From an uncultured Pseudomonadota bacterium (lineage in GTDB: Bacteria > Pseudomonadota > Gammaproteobacteria > Acidiferrobacterales > UBA6901), in contig CAVOQN010000002.1 in the NCBI GenBank assembly GCA_963698375.1, positions 582,947 through 646,946 of the forward strand: a stretch of DNA of 64,000 bases. Direction: 5' to 3'. The notes under the pieces are model-generated. The model was not told the DNA's origin and ran no database searches. It was given only the letters and a program-made list of their open reading frames with translations. Each line of letters starts with the position of its first letter. The first letter of the stretch is position 1. A program made the position numbers and the translations under genes. Positions 50,346-60,143 of this stretch are shown here, in pieces.

Positions 50346-51283
50346 GCGCCTCCTCTGGTCTTTCGGCAATGCGCAAAACGGCGCTGCGGGCGCGCGGATT
50401 TCGTCGTACTTCCTCCTCGCTCGCACGCAAAGGCTTGCCGATCACCTTCAGGCGTGACTGGATTTCGACATGCCGCACCGGCAGATCCGGCGGTAGTTCC
50501 TTGCCTCTTTTCTTGCGTGCGCATGAACTGCTTGACGATGCGGTCTTCGAGCGAATGAAAACTGATCACCACCAGTCGTCCGTGCGGAGCCAGCACATCC
50601 ATGACCTGAGGCAGGGCAACGCGCAGTTCGTCAAGTTCGCGATTGATGTGCAGGCGTATCGCCTGAAAGCTGCGCGTGGCGGGATCCTTGCTGCGCTCGC
50701 GCGATGGCACGGCGCTGGCCACGATCTCGGAAAGTTGCCTGGTAGTGGTGATTGGTTGTTCCGCCCGGCGACGCAATATGGCGCGCGCGATGCGACGTGA
50801 ATAACGTTCCTCACCCAGATGAAACAGGACATCAGCGATTTCCTGCTCCTCTGCACGATTCAGCCAGTCCGCAGCCGATTCGCCACACGTGCTGTCCATG
50901 CGCATATCGAGCGGCCCTTCAGAGCGGAAACTGAATCCGCGCGCGGGGTCATCGAGTTGTGGAGAAGAAACACCCAGATCGAAGAGAATGCCATTCACCC
51001 GTCCGAGCCAACCGCGGTCGGCGACGGCTTTTCCCAACATTGAGAATGGCCCATGCACTATCGTAAAACGCACCTCATCGGCAAACTGCTGTTTGGCGAA
51101 TGCCACTGCCTGCGGATCGCGGTCCAGCGCGAGCAACCGGCCATCCGGACCCAGCTGATCGAGAATGCTTTGTGCATGCCCGCCTCGACCGAACGTGGCG
51201 TCCACGTAGAGCCCATCCGGCTTGATATTCAGCGCCGCCACCGCTTCTTTTCGCAGAACCGGTTCATGCTCACGTTCCGTCAC
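50338..51283 (-). CDS. rsmH: 16S rRNA m4C1402 methyltransferase, frameshift(s) near C-terminus
   Basis: [39 protein letters not shown]; NPRARSA in another frame. Confidence 0.94.
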
Positions 51284-51288
51284 CGGCG

Positions 51289-51741
51289 CTACAGTGACAA
51301 CGAACCGAGTTCATCCGGCAGCTCACCCTCGGCCTCAGCCGCAGTCAGCCATTCAGCACGACGCGTGTTCCACTTCGCCTCGTCCCAGATTTCGAATTTA
51401 TTGCCCTGACCGATCATGACCACTGCCTTGTCGAGACTGGCGAACTCGCGCAACAACGGCGGCAGCAGAATGCGACCGTTGCCGTCGAGTTCCACTTCCG
51501 TTGCGTGACCGATTAACAGGCGCTGCAGGCGACGTGCCTGCACATTGAAGCTGGGCAGCTTCACGAGCTTGCGTTCAATTTCTTCCCATTCGGGCAATGG
51601 ATAGAGCAACAGCGAATGATCGCGATCGACCGTGATCACCATCCGGCCATTGGCCAGGCGCACGAGTTCGTCCCGGTAACGCGTCGGGATCGCGAGTCGG
51701 CCTTTGTTGTCCAGATTGAGTGCGTTGACTCCGCGGAACAT
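51289..51741 (-). CDS. mraZ: Division/cell wall cluster transcriptional repressor
   Basis: [10 protein letters not shown] and [10 protein letters not shown] repeats, FEIWD. Confidence 0.96.
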   Translation of the reverse strand: MFRGVNALNLDNKGRLAIPTRYRDELVRLANGRMVITVDRDHSLLLYPLPEWEEIERKLVKLPSFNVQARRLQRLLIGHATEVELDGNGRILLPPLLREFASLDKAVVMIGQGNKFEIWDEAKWNTRRAEWLTAAEAEGELPDELGSLSL

Positions 51742-51744
51742 TTA

Positions 51745-51793
51745 TTCCCTCTTTCTCCCGCTGTATTCCACCATTTACCACTTTCTCCCACTT
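51745..51793 (-). promoter_or_regulatory. MraZ-binding direct repeats
   Basis: Minus strand GTGGG/GTGGT/GTGGA/GCGGG/GAGGG at 10-bp periodicity immediately upstream of mraZ. Confidence 0.8.
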
Positions 51794-52022
51794 GGCAACA
51801 CTATAGATAGCAAAATCACACTGTGTCAAGAGATAAGTGATCCCCGTCACAGGATTTCTCCTTTATCGTACAGAGAGTTAGCGAGTGCAGGCGTCCGCTA
51901 GCGGGTATATCCGCTGATAAGGGCCTGGAAAGAGGTGTTTTTGGGGCAGGAAACCGTCAAAAAATGCCGATATAAACCATTATAAAACAGCAAATTACAA
52001 ATTACTCTTAAAGTAGAAAAGT

Positions 52023-52369
52023 GGGAGTCGGCCGGTAAGCCGGGTTCTGTCGTGGACAGTCATTCCTCTGGGACATCTGTCACCAGACGCCTCGAGCAAC
52101 CAACCCGGGAGCGGTGCGGACCACACCATAGCTCCCCTATTTGGTCTTGCTCCGGGTGGGGTTTGCCCTGCCACCCCTGTTGCCAGGGGCGCGGTGCGCT
52201 CTTACCGCACCATTTCAACCTTACCTGATCCGGTTTCCCGGCCATCGGCGGTATATTTTCTGTGGCACTTTCCGTCGGCTCACGCCGCCCAGGCGTTACC
52301 TGGCACCCTGCCCTATGGAGCCCGGACTTTCCTCCACGCTTGCGCGCAGCGACTGTCTAGCCAACTCCC
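52023..52369 (-). ncRNA. rnpB: RNase P RNA (bacterial type A)
   Basis: Minus strand GAGGAAAGTCCGGGCTCC, AGTGCCACAGAAA, GGTAAGAGCGCACC, ACAGAACCCGGCTTA; complementary ends. Confidence 0.97.
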
Positions 52370-52434
52370 ATCGGGAGTATACCAGCCACAGAAACTTAAG
52401 TTCCGGTAATTTCAGAGAAAATACCCGTATTCGG

Positions 52435-52764
52435 TCAAGACTCAGTCTCCTGACCGGTCTTGTCGTTCGTGCGAAAGAGATTGCCAAGCTTGGCACGCGT
52501 GGCTTGCGTCCGGGCTTCCCCGCCGGGACGATAGGCATCGGGTCGCGCATTGAAGTAGCCACAGAAATTTGAACGCTCCTTATCTGTGACTTCCTCCGCA
52601 TCTTGCTCTCGACATTTGCGTGTCAGATGCGGATCAAAGGCTAGGCACATGCGACATACATGAAGATAGGAACGACACTTCGAACACTCAGCCAGACGAC
52701 TGAGCGGCAGCGGCTGATCGATTAGTAACGCACCACACTTCCAGCAGACCAGGTCCTTCGACAT
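52435..52764 (-). CDS. Cys-rich hypothetical protein
   Basis: CWKC, CSKC, HVCRMC, KCRE, NFCGYF; start MSKDLV. Confidence 0.7.
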   Translation of the reverse strand: MSKDLVCWKCGALLIDQPLPLSRLAECSKCRSYLHVCRMCLAFDPHLTRKCREQDAEEVTDKERSNFCGYFNARPDAYRPGGEARTQATRAKLGNLFRTNDKTGQETES

Positions 52765-52946
52765 CGCATCACGGTATCCAGGCAAGGATCAGGTCACGAA
52801 GGTAGTAAATCTGTTTCAACTATGAACTGTGCGGTCTGCTAGCATCGATTACTGAATATTGTGCAGACAATGAAAAAAACACACGTGATTCCTTCCCTTT
52901 AAAAAAATGGGATCTGCACTCAAACCCTGCCTCGCAAGGTGCGTTA

Positions 52947-53141
52947 CTAGCGGACTGCCAGCAGAAGCGCGATAAGCAACACCACCAGCGCTATGCCCTG
53001 AAAACCAACACGGGCAAACATGATCTGGTGACTATGGCGCTGATCAAAGTCTCCACCATGCGCCATGGAAACAATTCCAGTCACAAAAGCCCCTACCGTT
53101 ACCAGTAATGCAAATACAATCAACGCGGTCGTGATGGTCAT
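52947..53141 (-). CDS. HIG1-like twin-transmembrane-helix small protein
   Basis: Two TM helices, SHQIMFARVGFQG motif, RBS GGAGG. Confidence 0.8.
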   Translation of the reverse strand: MTITTALIVFALLVTVGAFVTGIVSMAHGGDFDQRHSHQIMFARVGFQGIALVVLLIALLLAVR

Positions 53142-53197
53142 GGCAATATCCCTCCAATCAACCACGTTAATCAAAACACAAACTCGTTTCCGCGGTA

Positions 53198-53211
53198 TTG
53201 ATATACATCAG
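53198..53211. promoter_or_regulatory. FNR-type box
   Basis: TTGAT-ATAC-ATCAG, about 60 bp upstream of HIG1-like start. Confidence 0.55.
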
Positions 53212-53261
53212 ATACTGAGCATTAAAGGTTAGCTGGCTCTTGGCTGTGTCTGAATTGCCTG

Positions 53262-53567
53262 CTACGCCCTTCCGACATTACTGTCAGTCGGCGAATGGAA
53301 GTACTCACTCTCCTCGGCAAACTCGCGAACCAGTTGCTGTAACGCTGCCATGCGGCCATGCGCGGTGCTGACCGGTCCACAGTCCTCGCAGCGCGGATCA
53401 CCGCACGGTTGACGCGAGAACAGCCAGAACTGTATTGCACCAGCCAACAATCCATCGGCGACATCCCAGGCGTCGGCCTCGGTCTCTTTTTCATCCTTGA
53501 CCAGGTTGTTGCCGATTTCAACAGTTCGTTTAAAAGCCTCATCGAAGACTGCTAGCGGTTCTTGCAT
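53262..53567 (-). CDS. Acidic hypothetical protein with CX4CX2C motif
   Basis: SRQPCGDPRCEDC, YFHSP; RBS AAGGA. Confidence 0.7.
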   Translation of the reverse strand: MQEPLAVFDEAFKRTVEIGNNLVKDEKETEADAWDVADGLLAGAIQFWLFSRQPCGDPRCEDCGPVSTAHGRMAALQQLVREFAEESEYFHSPTDSNVGRA

Positions 53568-53645
53568 GAGGCGGGGTCCTTTCGAAAATGAATATCCAGC
53601 GATTTTAACAACAAATCTTGGTGCAGCTGTATTCGTGGCACTTGA

Positions 53646-54014
53646 CTAGGCCACGCTGCCGAAACCCTTGTCGGTCGCGCCAGCCGGCGGCTTCAGTCCC
53701 GCAATCCGGCAGCCTTGCGCTACAGGACCGCCTGGGAATAGTTCATACAGGAATTTTCTGCCACCCTTTGTGTGAAAATGCTCATCCAGCGCATCATGCA
53801 GTTCGCGCAAATTCAGGCTGTCGTCCTGATGCCTGGCGTAATATTTTTGCAAGGCACGCACGGTTTCCCAGTGGCCGTCAGCCAGATCCAAACCCTCATC
53901 CCGCGCTATCCTGAGCGCAGCTTCGCGCGTCCAGCTGGCTGGCGCATGGGGGAATCCGGGTTCAGTCCCTGATCCATTCCCGGTACCCTTAATCACATCA
54001 AGCAAGCTTGTCAT
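53646..54014 (-). CDS. TusE/DsrC-family protein lacking the penultimate Cys (RspA-type)
   Basis: WTREAALRIA, HWETV, LYELFPGGPVAQGCRIAGL; ends GFGSVA; RBS AAGGAG. Confidence 0.85.
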   Translation of the reverse strand: MTSLLDVIKGTGNGSGTEPGFPHAPASWTREAALRIARDEGLDLADGHWETVRALQKYYARHQDDSLNLRELHDALDEHFHTKGGRKFLYELFPGGPVAQGCRIAGLKPPAGATDKGFGSVA

Positions 54015-54074
54015 GGTTAAACTCTCCTTCGACGTCATATTCGATCAGTTTCATACATGCCTCCCAATACTGCA

Positions 54075-54088
54075 TTGATGGGAATCAA
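54075..54088. promoter_or_regulatory. FNR-type box (perfect consensus)
   Basis: TTGAT-GGGA-ATCAA between the DsrC-like gene and adk. Confidence 0.75.
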
Positions 54089-54315
54089 TATATTCTTCTG
54101 ACGTCTCCAAAGTCCGGCTTTTTCATGGTCTGCTTCTCCGGTGCTTACGTTTTCTCTGCCAGCATCGCCACTCAGGTATGGCTTCCCGGGTCAGTGCTAC
54201 AGATACTGGTTGATTGACCCGGTGGCCACAGGTCACAATGCGCCCCTTTGATTCAATCGACCGGCGGCAGTGGGTCCGGACAACAATGATTTACACCTGG
54301 AAAAGAGGATATAAG

Positions 54316-54963
54316 ATGAAATTGATTCTGTTGGGCGCCCCGGGCGCAGGCAAGGGCACGGTGGCCAAGCTGCTGACGCAGATGGATGGTTCCGTACAGA
54401 TTTCCACCGGTGACATCCTGCGCGGTGCGGTCGCGGCCGGAACCGAACTCGGCAAAAAAGCCGAAGCCGCCATGAAGCGCGGTGATCTGGTCTCCGATGA
54501 CCTGATCATGGGCATCATGGAAAAACGTCTGCAGGAGCCGGATTGTGCCAAGGGCTTTTTGCTGGACGGCTTCCCGCGCACCATCCCCCAGGCCGAGGCG
54601 CTCAAAGTGCTGCTGGCCAAGCTTGGCATCAAGCTCGACATGGTGGTCAGCATCGAAGTGCCGCGCGAGGTGATCCTCGACCGCCTCAGCACGCGCCGCA
54701 CCTGCTCGAATGGCAAGTGCCAGGCGATTTACAACGTGAAAAGCAATCCGCCGAAGAAGGAAGGTATCTGCGACAAGTGCGGCAGCCCGGTGGTGCAGCG
54801 CGAAGACGAAACCGAAGCGGCGATTACCCATCGCCTGGAGACGTATAACCAGAAGACCGCGCCGCTGATTGGCTTCTACGAGAAGGAAGGCCAGTTCGTA
54901 AGCGTAAACGCCACATCCAGCGATGCCGTGATTGCAGCGATCAAGAACAAGCTCGGCAAATAA
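54316..54963 (+). CDS. adk: Adenylate kinase with Zn-binding LID
   Basis: LGAPGAGKGT, STGDILR, LDGFPRT, LID CSNGKC...CDKC; ATG 54316 after AGAGGA. Confidence 0.96.
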   Translation: MKLILLGAPGAGKGTVAKLLTQMDGSVQISTGDILRGAVAAGTELGKKAEAAMKRGDLVSDDLIMGIMEKRLQEPDCAKGFLLDGFPRTIPQAEALKVLLAKLGIKLDMVVSIEVPREVILDRLSTRRTCSNGKCQAIYNVKSNPPKKEGICDKCGSPVVQREDETEAAITHRLETYNQKTAPLIGFYEKEGQFVSVNATSSDAVIAAIKNKLGK

Positions 54964-55067
54964 GCAGAAATACAACGGGGTCGGTATATTGCTGCCGCTT
55001 ACTGGCAGAACATACCGGCCCCGTTTTTCGTTTCAGATACCCGCGAAGCGTCGCTCACGCATTCGCA

Positions 55068-56648
55068 TTAATCGTCGCGCTTGTTGCCGTCGAGTAGCGC
55101 CGGCACCTCCCGGCCACGATGCGGGCGAGACTTTGACCGCGGCGTGTCGGGACGGCCTTGCGTTGGTCGTTGATGCCTGCTGGCGGGCGCGCCACGATCA
55201 CGATTGTTGCCGCTTGAGTTGGTGTCCGGCAGCCGATTGCCATCCACTTCCGGCCGATTTGGATCGTTGTACAGTTGAGGATCTGCCGAGACACGCACAT
55301 GAACATGTGGCTGTGTACGGCTGCCGGATCTGGCGGGTGCGTGGGTCCTGGGACGTTGTTCCCGACCACGATCACCGCCTTGACCCTGATGCCGGCCTCG
55401 ACCACGATCGCCACGGCCACGTTCGGCACCGTTTCGCGCAGCCTGCGGACGTCCGCTGCCACCGCTGCGCTGTCCGCCACGCCCACGCATAATGGGTTCG
55501 GCTTTGATATCCGGGTTCGGTTCGAAGCCTGGAATGATGACCTTCGGTATTTCACGGTTCAAAACCCGCTCAATCGCGCGCAGATAATCCCGTTCATCCA
55601 CACAGACCAGCGACAAGGCTTCGCCCTCATTGCCGGCACGACCGGTACGACCAATGCGGTGCACGTAATCCTCCGGAATGTTCGGCAGCTCGAAGTTCAC
55701 AACATGCGGCAACTGATCGATGTCCAGCCCGCGCGCCGCAATATCAGTTGCTACCAGCACTCTGACCATGCCTTTCTTGAAATCCGCCAGCGCCTTGGTG
55801 CGCGCACCCTGACTTTTGTTGCCGTGAATGGCAGAGGCGCTGATGCCGTCTTTTTCAAGCTGGTCGGCAAGTCGATTGCAGCCATGCTTGGTGCGCATGA
55901 ACACCAGCACCTGTTTCCAGTCGTTGGCCTTGATTAGGGATGACAGCAATTCGCGCTTGCGCTCACGATCGACCGGGTGCACCACCTGCGTCACGAGCTC
56001 GGCGGCGGTGTTACGGCGCGCCACTTCGATCAGCACCGGCGCATTCAGCAGACTATCGGATAGCTGCTTGATCTCGTCCGAGAATGTGGCCGAGAACAGC
56101 AGATTCTGGCGCTGTTTCGGCAGCAGCGCGAGAATCTTGCGGATGTCGCGGATGAAGCCCATGTCCAGCATGCGATCGGCTTCGTCCAGTACCAGAATTT
56201 CGACCTTCGACAGATCAACGGTTTTTTGCTGCACATGGTCGAGCAAGCGTCCCGGTGTTGCCACCAGGATATCCACACCGCGGCGCAGCGTATCGGCCTG
56301 CGGATTGAACCCGACACCGCCGAACACCACGGTGGATTTCAGCGGCAGATATTTGCCATAGGTGCGCACACTCTCCTCTACCTGCGCCGCGAGTTCGCGC
56401 GTCGGGGTGAGGATCAGCGCGCGTATTGCACGTCGATCGGTGCCGGGCGGTTGCGCGTTCAGTCGCTGCAACAGCGGCAGTGTAAAGCCGGCGGTCTTGC
56501 CGGTGCCGGTCTGCGCGCCGGCGAGAATATCCTTGCCTTCAAGAATGACGGGAATGGCCTTGATCTGAATGGGCGTCGGCTCGCCATAGCCCTTGTCGGT
56601 AACAGCGCGCAGTAAATCGTCCGAGAGGCCGAGGGTATTAAATGACAT
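55068..56648 (-). CDS. rhlE: DEAD-box RNA helicase RhlE with long Arg/Gly-rich tail
   Basis: [41 protein letters not shown]. Confidence 0.93.
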   Translation of the reverse strand: MSFNTLGLSDDLLRAVTDKGYGEPTPIQIKAIPVILEGKDILAGAQTGTGKTAGFTLPLLQRLNAQPPGTDRRAIRALILTPTRELAAQVEESVRTYGKYLPLKSTVVFGGVGFNPQADTLRRGVDILVATPGRLLDHVQQKTVDLSKVEILVLDEADRMLDMGFIRDIRKILALLPKQRQNLLFSATFSDEIKQLSDSLLNAPVLIEVARRNTAAELVTQVVHPVDRERKRELLSSLIKANDWKQVLVFMRTKHGCNRLADQLEKDGISASAIHGNKSQGARTKALADFKKGMVRVLVATDIAARGLDIDQLPHVVNFELPNIPEDYVHRIGRTGRAGNEGEALSLVCVDERDYLRAIERVLNREIPKVIIPGFEPNPDIKAEPIMRGRGGQRSGGSGRPQAARNGAERGRGDRGRGRHQGQGGDRGREQRPRTHAPARSGSRTQPHVHVRVSADPQLYNDPNRPEVDGNRLPDTNSSGNNRDRGAPASRHQRPTQGRPDTPRSKSRPHRGREVPALLDGNKRDD

Positions 56649-56843
56649 CGTGTTGGTTGCTCCTGAATGCGCCTACCCGAAACACTTGGGTCTTGGGCCG
56701 GTCTAGGCTTCCAATGGGTTGATGGAATCGAGACTCGCCATGTAGGTTTGCCGCGAAGAATCGGGCGCAGACCGGAGTGCGCCGATATTGGTTGTATTCT
56801 GCGTGTGAGTGGTACCCTAACACGTCTCGTTTAGCGCTCTGTC

Positions 56844-58458
56844 TTATGCAGTAGCCCGATTGGCCAGTTCTACGCCCTGGCTGCGCAGATAGTCGTCGTA
56901 GCTGCCACCGAAGTTCACCACGCCCTGCGGGGTGAGTTCAATAATACGGGTCGCCAGCGACGAAACAAATTCGCGATCGTGGCTGACAAAAATCAGCGTG
57001 CCGGGATAGTTTTCCAGCGCCAGGTTGAGCGCCTCGATGGATTCCATGTCAAGATGATTGGTGGGTTCGTCCATCACCAGCACATTCGGGACGTAGCATC
57101 ATCAATTTCCCGAACAACATACGGCCCTGTTCGCCACCGGAAATTATTTTCACCGACTTGCTGCTTTCTTCGCGCGAGAACAGCATGCGGCCAAGCACCG
57201 CACGAATCGATTGCTCATTGTCCTCCGGCTTCGCCCACAGGCTCATCCAGTCGAACAGATTCGTGTTGTCGGCGAAATCCGCCGCATGGTCCTGGGCAAA
57301 GTAACCGATGTTGACGTTCTCAGACATCTTGACCCGGCCGCTATCCGGTTTCAGGTCGCCCACCAGCGTGCGCAATAGCGTAGATTTGCCGATACCGTTC
57401 GGACCGATCACGGCAACGCGTTCACCGACATCGACCATGAGGTTGAGATTGCTGAATAACGGTTTCTCACCGTAGCCCTTGCTCAAACCTTCGACTTCCA
57501 ATGCCTGGCGATAAAGCTTTTTGTCCAGATCGAACCGGATATACGGACTCACCCGGCTCGATAGCTTCACGTCATCCAGTTTGATCTTTTCCATCTGGCG
57601 GGCGCGCGATGTGGCCTGCTTGGCCTTCGAGGCGTTCGCGGAGAAGCGGCTGACGAAGGCCTGCAGTTCGGCGATCTGCGCCTTTTTCTTCGCGTTGCCG
57701 GACAGCAGCTGTTCACGTGCCTGGGTCGCGGCGGTCATGTACTCATCGTAGTTGCCCGGGTAAACGCGCAATTCACCGTAGTCGAGATCGGCCATGTGCG
57801 TGCACACGCTGTTCAGGAAGTGACGATCGTGCGAAATAATGATCATGGTACTGTTGCGTGCATTCAGCACGCCTTCCAGCCAACGGATAGTGTTGATGTC
57901 GAGGTTGTTGGTGGGTTCGTCCAGCAACATGATGTCGGGGTTGGCGAACAATGCCTGCGCCAGCAGCACGCGCAGTTTCCAGCCCGGCGCCACGGCGCTC
58001 ATCGGGCCGGCGTGTTGCTCAAGCGGGATGCCGATGCCGAGCAGCAGTTCCCCGGCACGGGCCTCGGCGGTGTAACCGTCCAGCTCGGCGAACTCGACTT
58101 CCAGCTCGGCGACTTTCATGCCGTCGTCTTCGCTCATGTGCGGCAGATCGTAAATACGGTCGCGCTCGGCCTTCACGCGCCACAATTCAGCGTGGCCCAT
58201 GATCACGGTGTCGAGCACCGTGTAGTCTTCAAATGCAAATTGGTCCTGGCGCAGTTTGCCGACGCGCTCGTCGCTGTCGATCGAGACAGTGCCGGAGGTC
58301 TGGGCCAGATCTCCGCCCAGAATCTTCATGAAGGTCGACTTGCCGCAACCGTTCGCACCGATCAGGCCATAGCGGTTGCCGTTGCCGAACTTGACCGAAA
58401 TATTCTCGAACAGGGGCTTGGCCCCGAACTGCATGGTGATATTGGCGGTGGAAATCAA
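56844..58458 (-). CDS. ybiT: ABC-F family ATPase, frameshift near 57085
   Basis: TTG start [11 protein letters not shown], two Walker A motifs ([18 protein letters not shown]), [20 protein letters not shown] in second frame. Confidence 0.9.
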
Positions 58459-58638
58459 AATACGGATCCAGAAAAATAATTGTAAGTAGCGCGATTCAGG
58501 TTTGGCATGACAGGTCGTCATGCGCCCGGGGAACTCCAGCGTGCGTTGGGAGGCAGCGGGTTCCTGATACTCCGGGAATACCTGGTATGGCGATACCGGG
58601 CAGGGACAAACTAACTAACAAAGAAGCAGAGCTTTGAT

Positions 58639-58671
58639 AAAAAAAGACCCCGCCAAGCGGCGAGGTCTTTA
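58639..58671 (-). terminator. Intrinsic terminator of cold-shock gene
   Basis: Minus strand AAAGACCTCGCC-gctt-GGCGGGGTCTTTTTTT. Confidence 0.8.
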
Positions 58672-58683
58672 TATCAAATCTGC

Positions 58684-58887
58684 TTAGGCAGCCTGAACGT
58701 TCGCGGCGGACGGACCCTTCGGGCCCTGCTCCAGCGTGAACTGGACCTTCTGGCCTTCAGCCAGGGTCTTGAAACCGCTGCCCTGAATGGCGGAGTGATG
58801 CACGAATACATCCTTGCCACCGTCGGACGGGGTGATGAAACCAAAACCCTTGGCGTCATTGAACCACTTCACTGTTCCTGTAATCAC
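58684..58887 (-). CDS. Cold-shock protein (CspA family)
   Basis: GTVKWFN, KGFGFI, DVFVH; GTG start after AGAGGA. Confidence 0.96.
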   Translation of the reverse strand: MITGTVKWFNDAKGFGFITPSDGGKDVFVHHSAIQGSGFKTLAEGQKVQFTLEQGPKGPSAANVQAA

Positions 58888-59030
58888 GAAAAATCCTCTA
58901 ATAAGTTGAATTGCGATAGTTTGCAGTTCTTTCTTGGAAGCTTAAATTACGGGAGATTGCTACCAAAGTGACTGGAGGGGCTTCCGAACTTGACTACAAG
59001 AAGTGCACTGCAACGCGGCCACTATACACA
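58888..59030 (-). promoter_or_regulatory. Extended -10 promoter and long 5' leader of csp gene
   Basis: Minus strand TGTGTATAGT at 59030-59021, implying an approximately 125-nt leader as is typical for csp genes. Confidence 0.45.
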
Positions 59031-59235
59031 TACCCGTTTGAAAAGCCACTACAATTTTCAATTCTGGCCAGGTACAAAATATGGCCTGGTATCCACATTC
59101 CAGGCTTGCTTGTGAAGTTGGGTCATATTGATAAATCGGCGTTGTTCAGCCCTGAATTAAATACCCGTTTGGAAATTAAACCATCCAGAACCTCCCGGGC
59201 AACACCGGAACAGCCACGATGGCTGACGACACATG

Positions 59236-59481
59236 TTATTCCCCGGATAGCTCCGGTTTCGCCGGCAGCGTGTGCCAGCCACGTATCGTGCCGGCCAGCA
59301 TCGCCCGCGCCTGGGTCGGACTCACGCCATACATCGCGTTCAACTCCCTAGCGGTCTTGGAGGTTTCCACCCGGTAGTAGCTCGGCTCGCCACGGCATAT
59401 CGCAATCGTCTCACCGGTGATCGCGAGCGTGGCAAAGGCGATACCCGGGAGTTTGGAAAGAATGGAGTGGACGGGATTCAT
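59236..59481 (-). CDS. Small hypothetical protein
   Basis: 81 aa from MNPVHS; GETIAICRGEPSYY...LNAMYGVSPTQARAMLAG..GW. Confidence 0.55.
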   Translation of the reverse strand: MNPVHSILSKLPGIAFATLAITGETIAICRGEPSYYRVETSKTARELNAMYGVSPTQARAMLAGTIRGWHTLPAKPELSGE

Positions 59482-59735
59482 TTCAGTTCTCTTAAGCTCA
59501 TTGTTATTGGCATGATCGCTTCCTGAGGGCATGCGGTCGTGTAAAGTGATTCGGCGACAGCGCACGTAGCAACGCCATATGCCCCAGTTGACCGCGTCGA
59601 GCCGCTGTAAGTTTCGATCAGACCGACATTCTGTGTGTCTGGGCTGACAAATGAATGCAAAAAACAGGGAGAAAGAAGCCAGGCAGATCGGCACGGGGAA
59701 TTACTGGGAACAAGGGGTCGCTGTTCTCTCTTGCG

Positions 59736-60143
59736 TCACACCGGGCTGATCTGACCGCTCAGATACAACCACTGCCCGGCTTCGCATCTGAAACGACTGA
59801 CTTCATGCAAACGCTCGGCCCGTCCGTTGACCTGGTAGCGCGCCACGAACTCCACGATGGCTTCGCTATCACCCACACCGCCCGCCTCGCAGCGCAGGAT
59901 CTTGAGTCCCAGCCACTTCACCGGACTGTCCTCCTGCAAGCCGAGATGCCCCGGACGCATGGATTCATGCCAGGTGCGCAACAGGTAATCTTCCCGCGCC
60001 AGAACATAGGCCGAATAGCGCGATCGCATGAGCTGCTCGGCCGTGGCGGGTAACGCACCGTTGTCAATGAACGCTCCGCAACAGGCGGTGTAAGATTTTC
60101 CTGACCCGCAGGGGCACGTTGGGTCTTGTCGTGTTTTCTTCAC
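59736..60143 (-). CDS. ychJ: YchJ-family (SEC-C/UPF0225) protein
   Basis: CPCGSGKSYTACC, AEQLMRSRYSAY, VEFVARY, HEVSRF; GTG start 60143. Confidence 0.88.
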   Translation of the reverse strand: MKKTRQDPTCPCGSGKSYTACCGAFIDNGALPATAEQLMRSRYSAYVLAREDYLLRTWHESMRPGHLGLQEDSPVKWLGLKILRCEAGGVGDSEAIVEFVARYQVNGRAERLHEVSRFRCEAGQWLYLSGQISPV

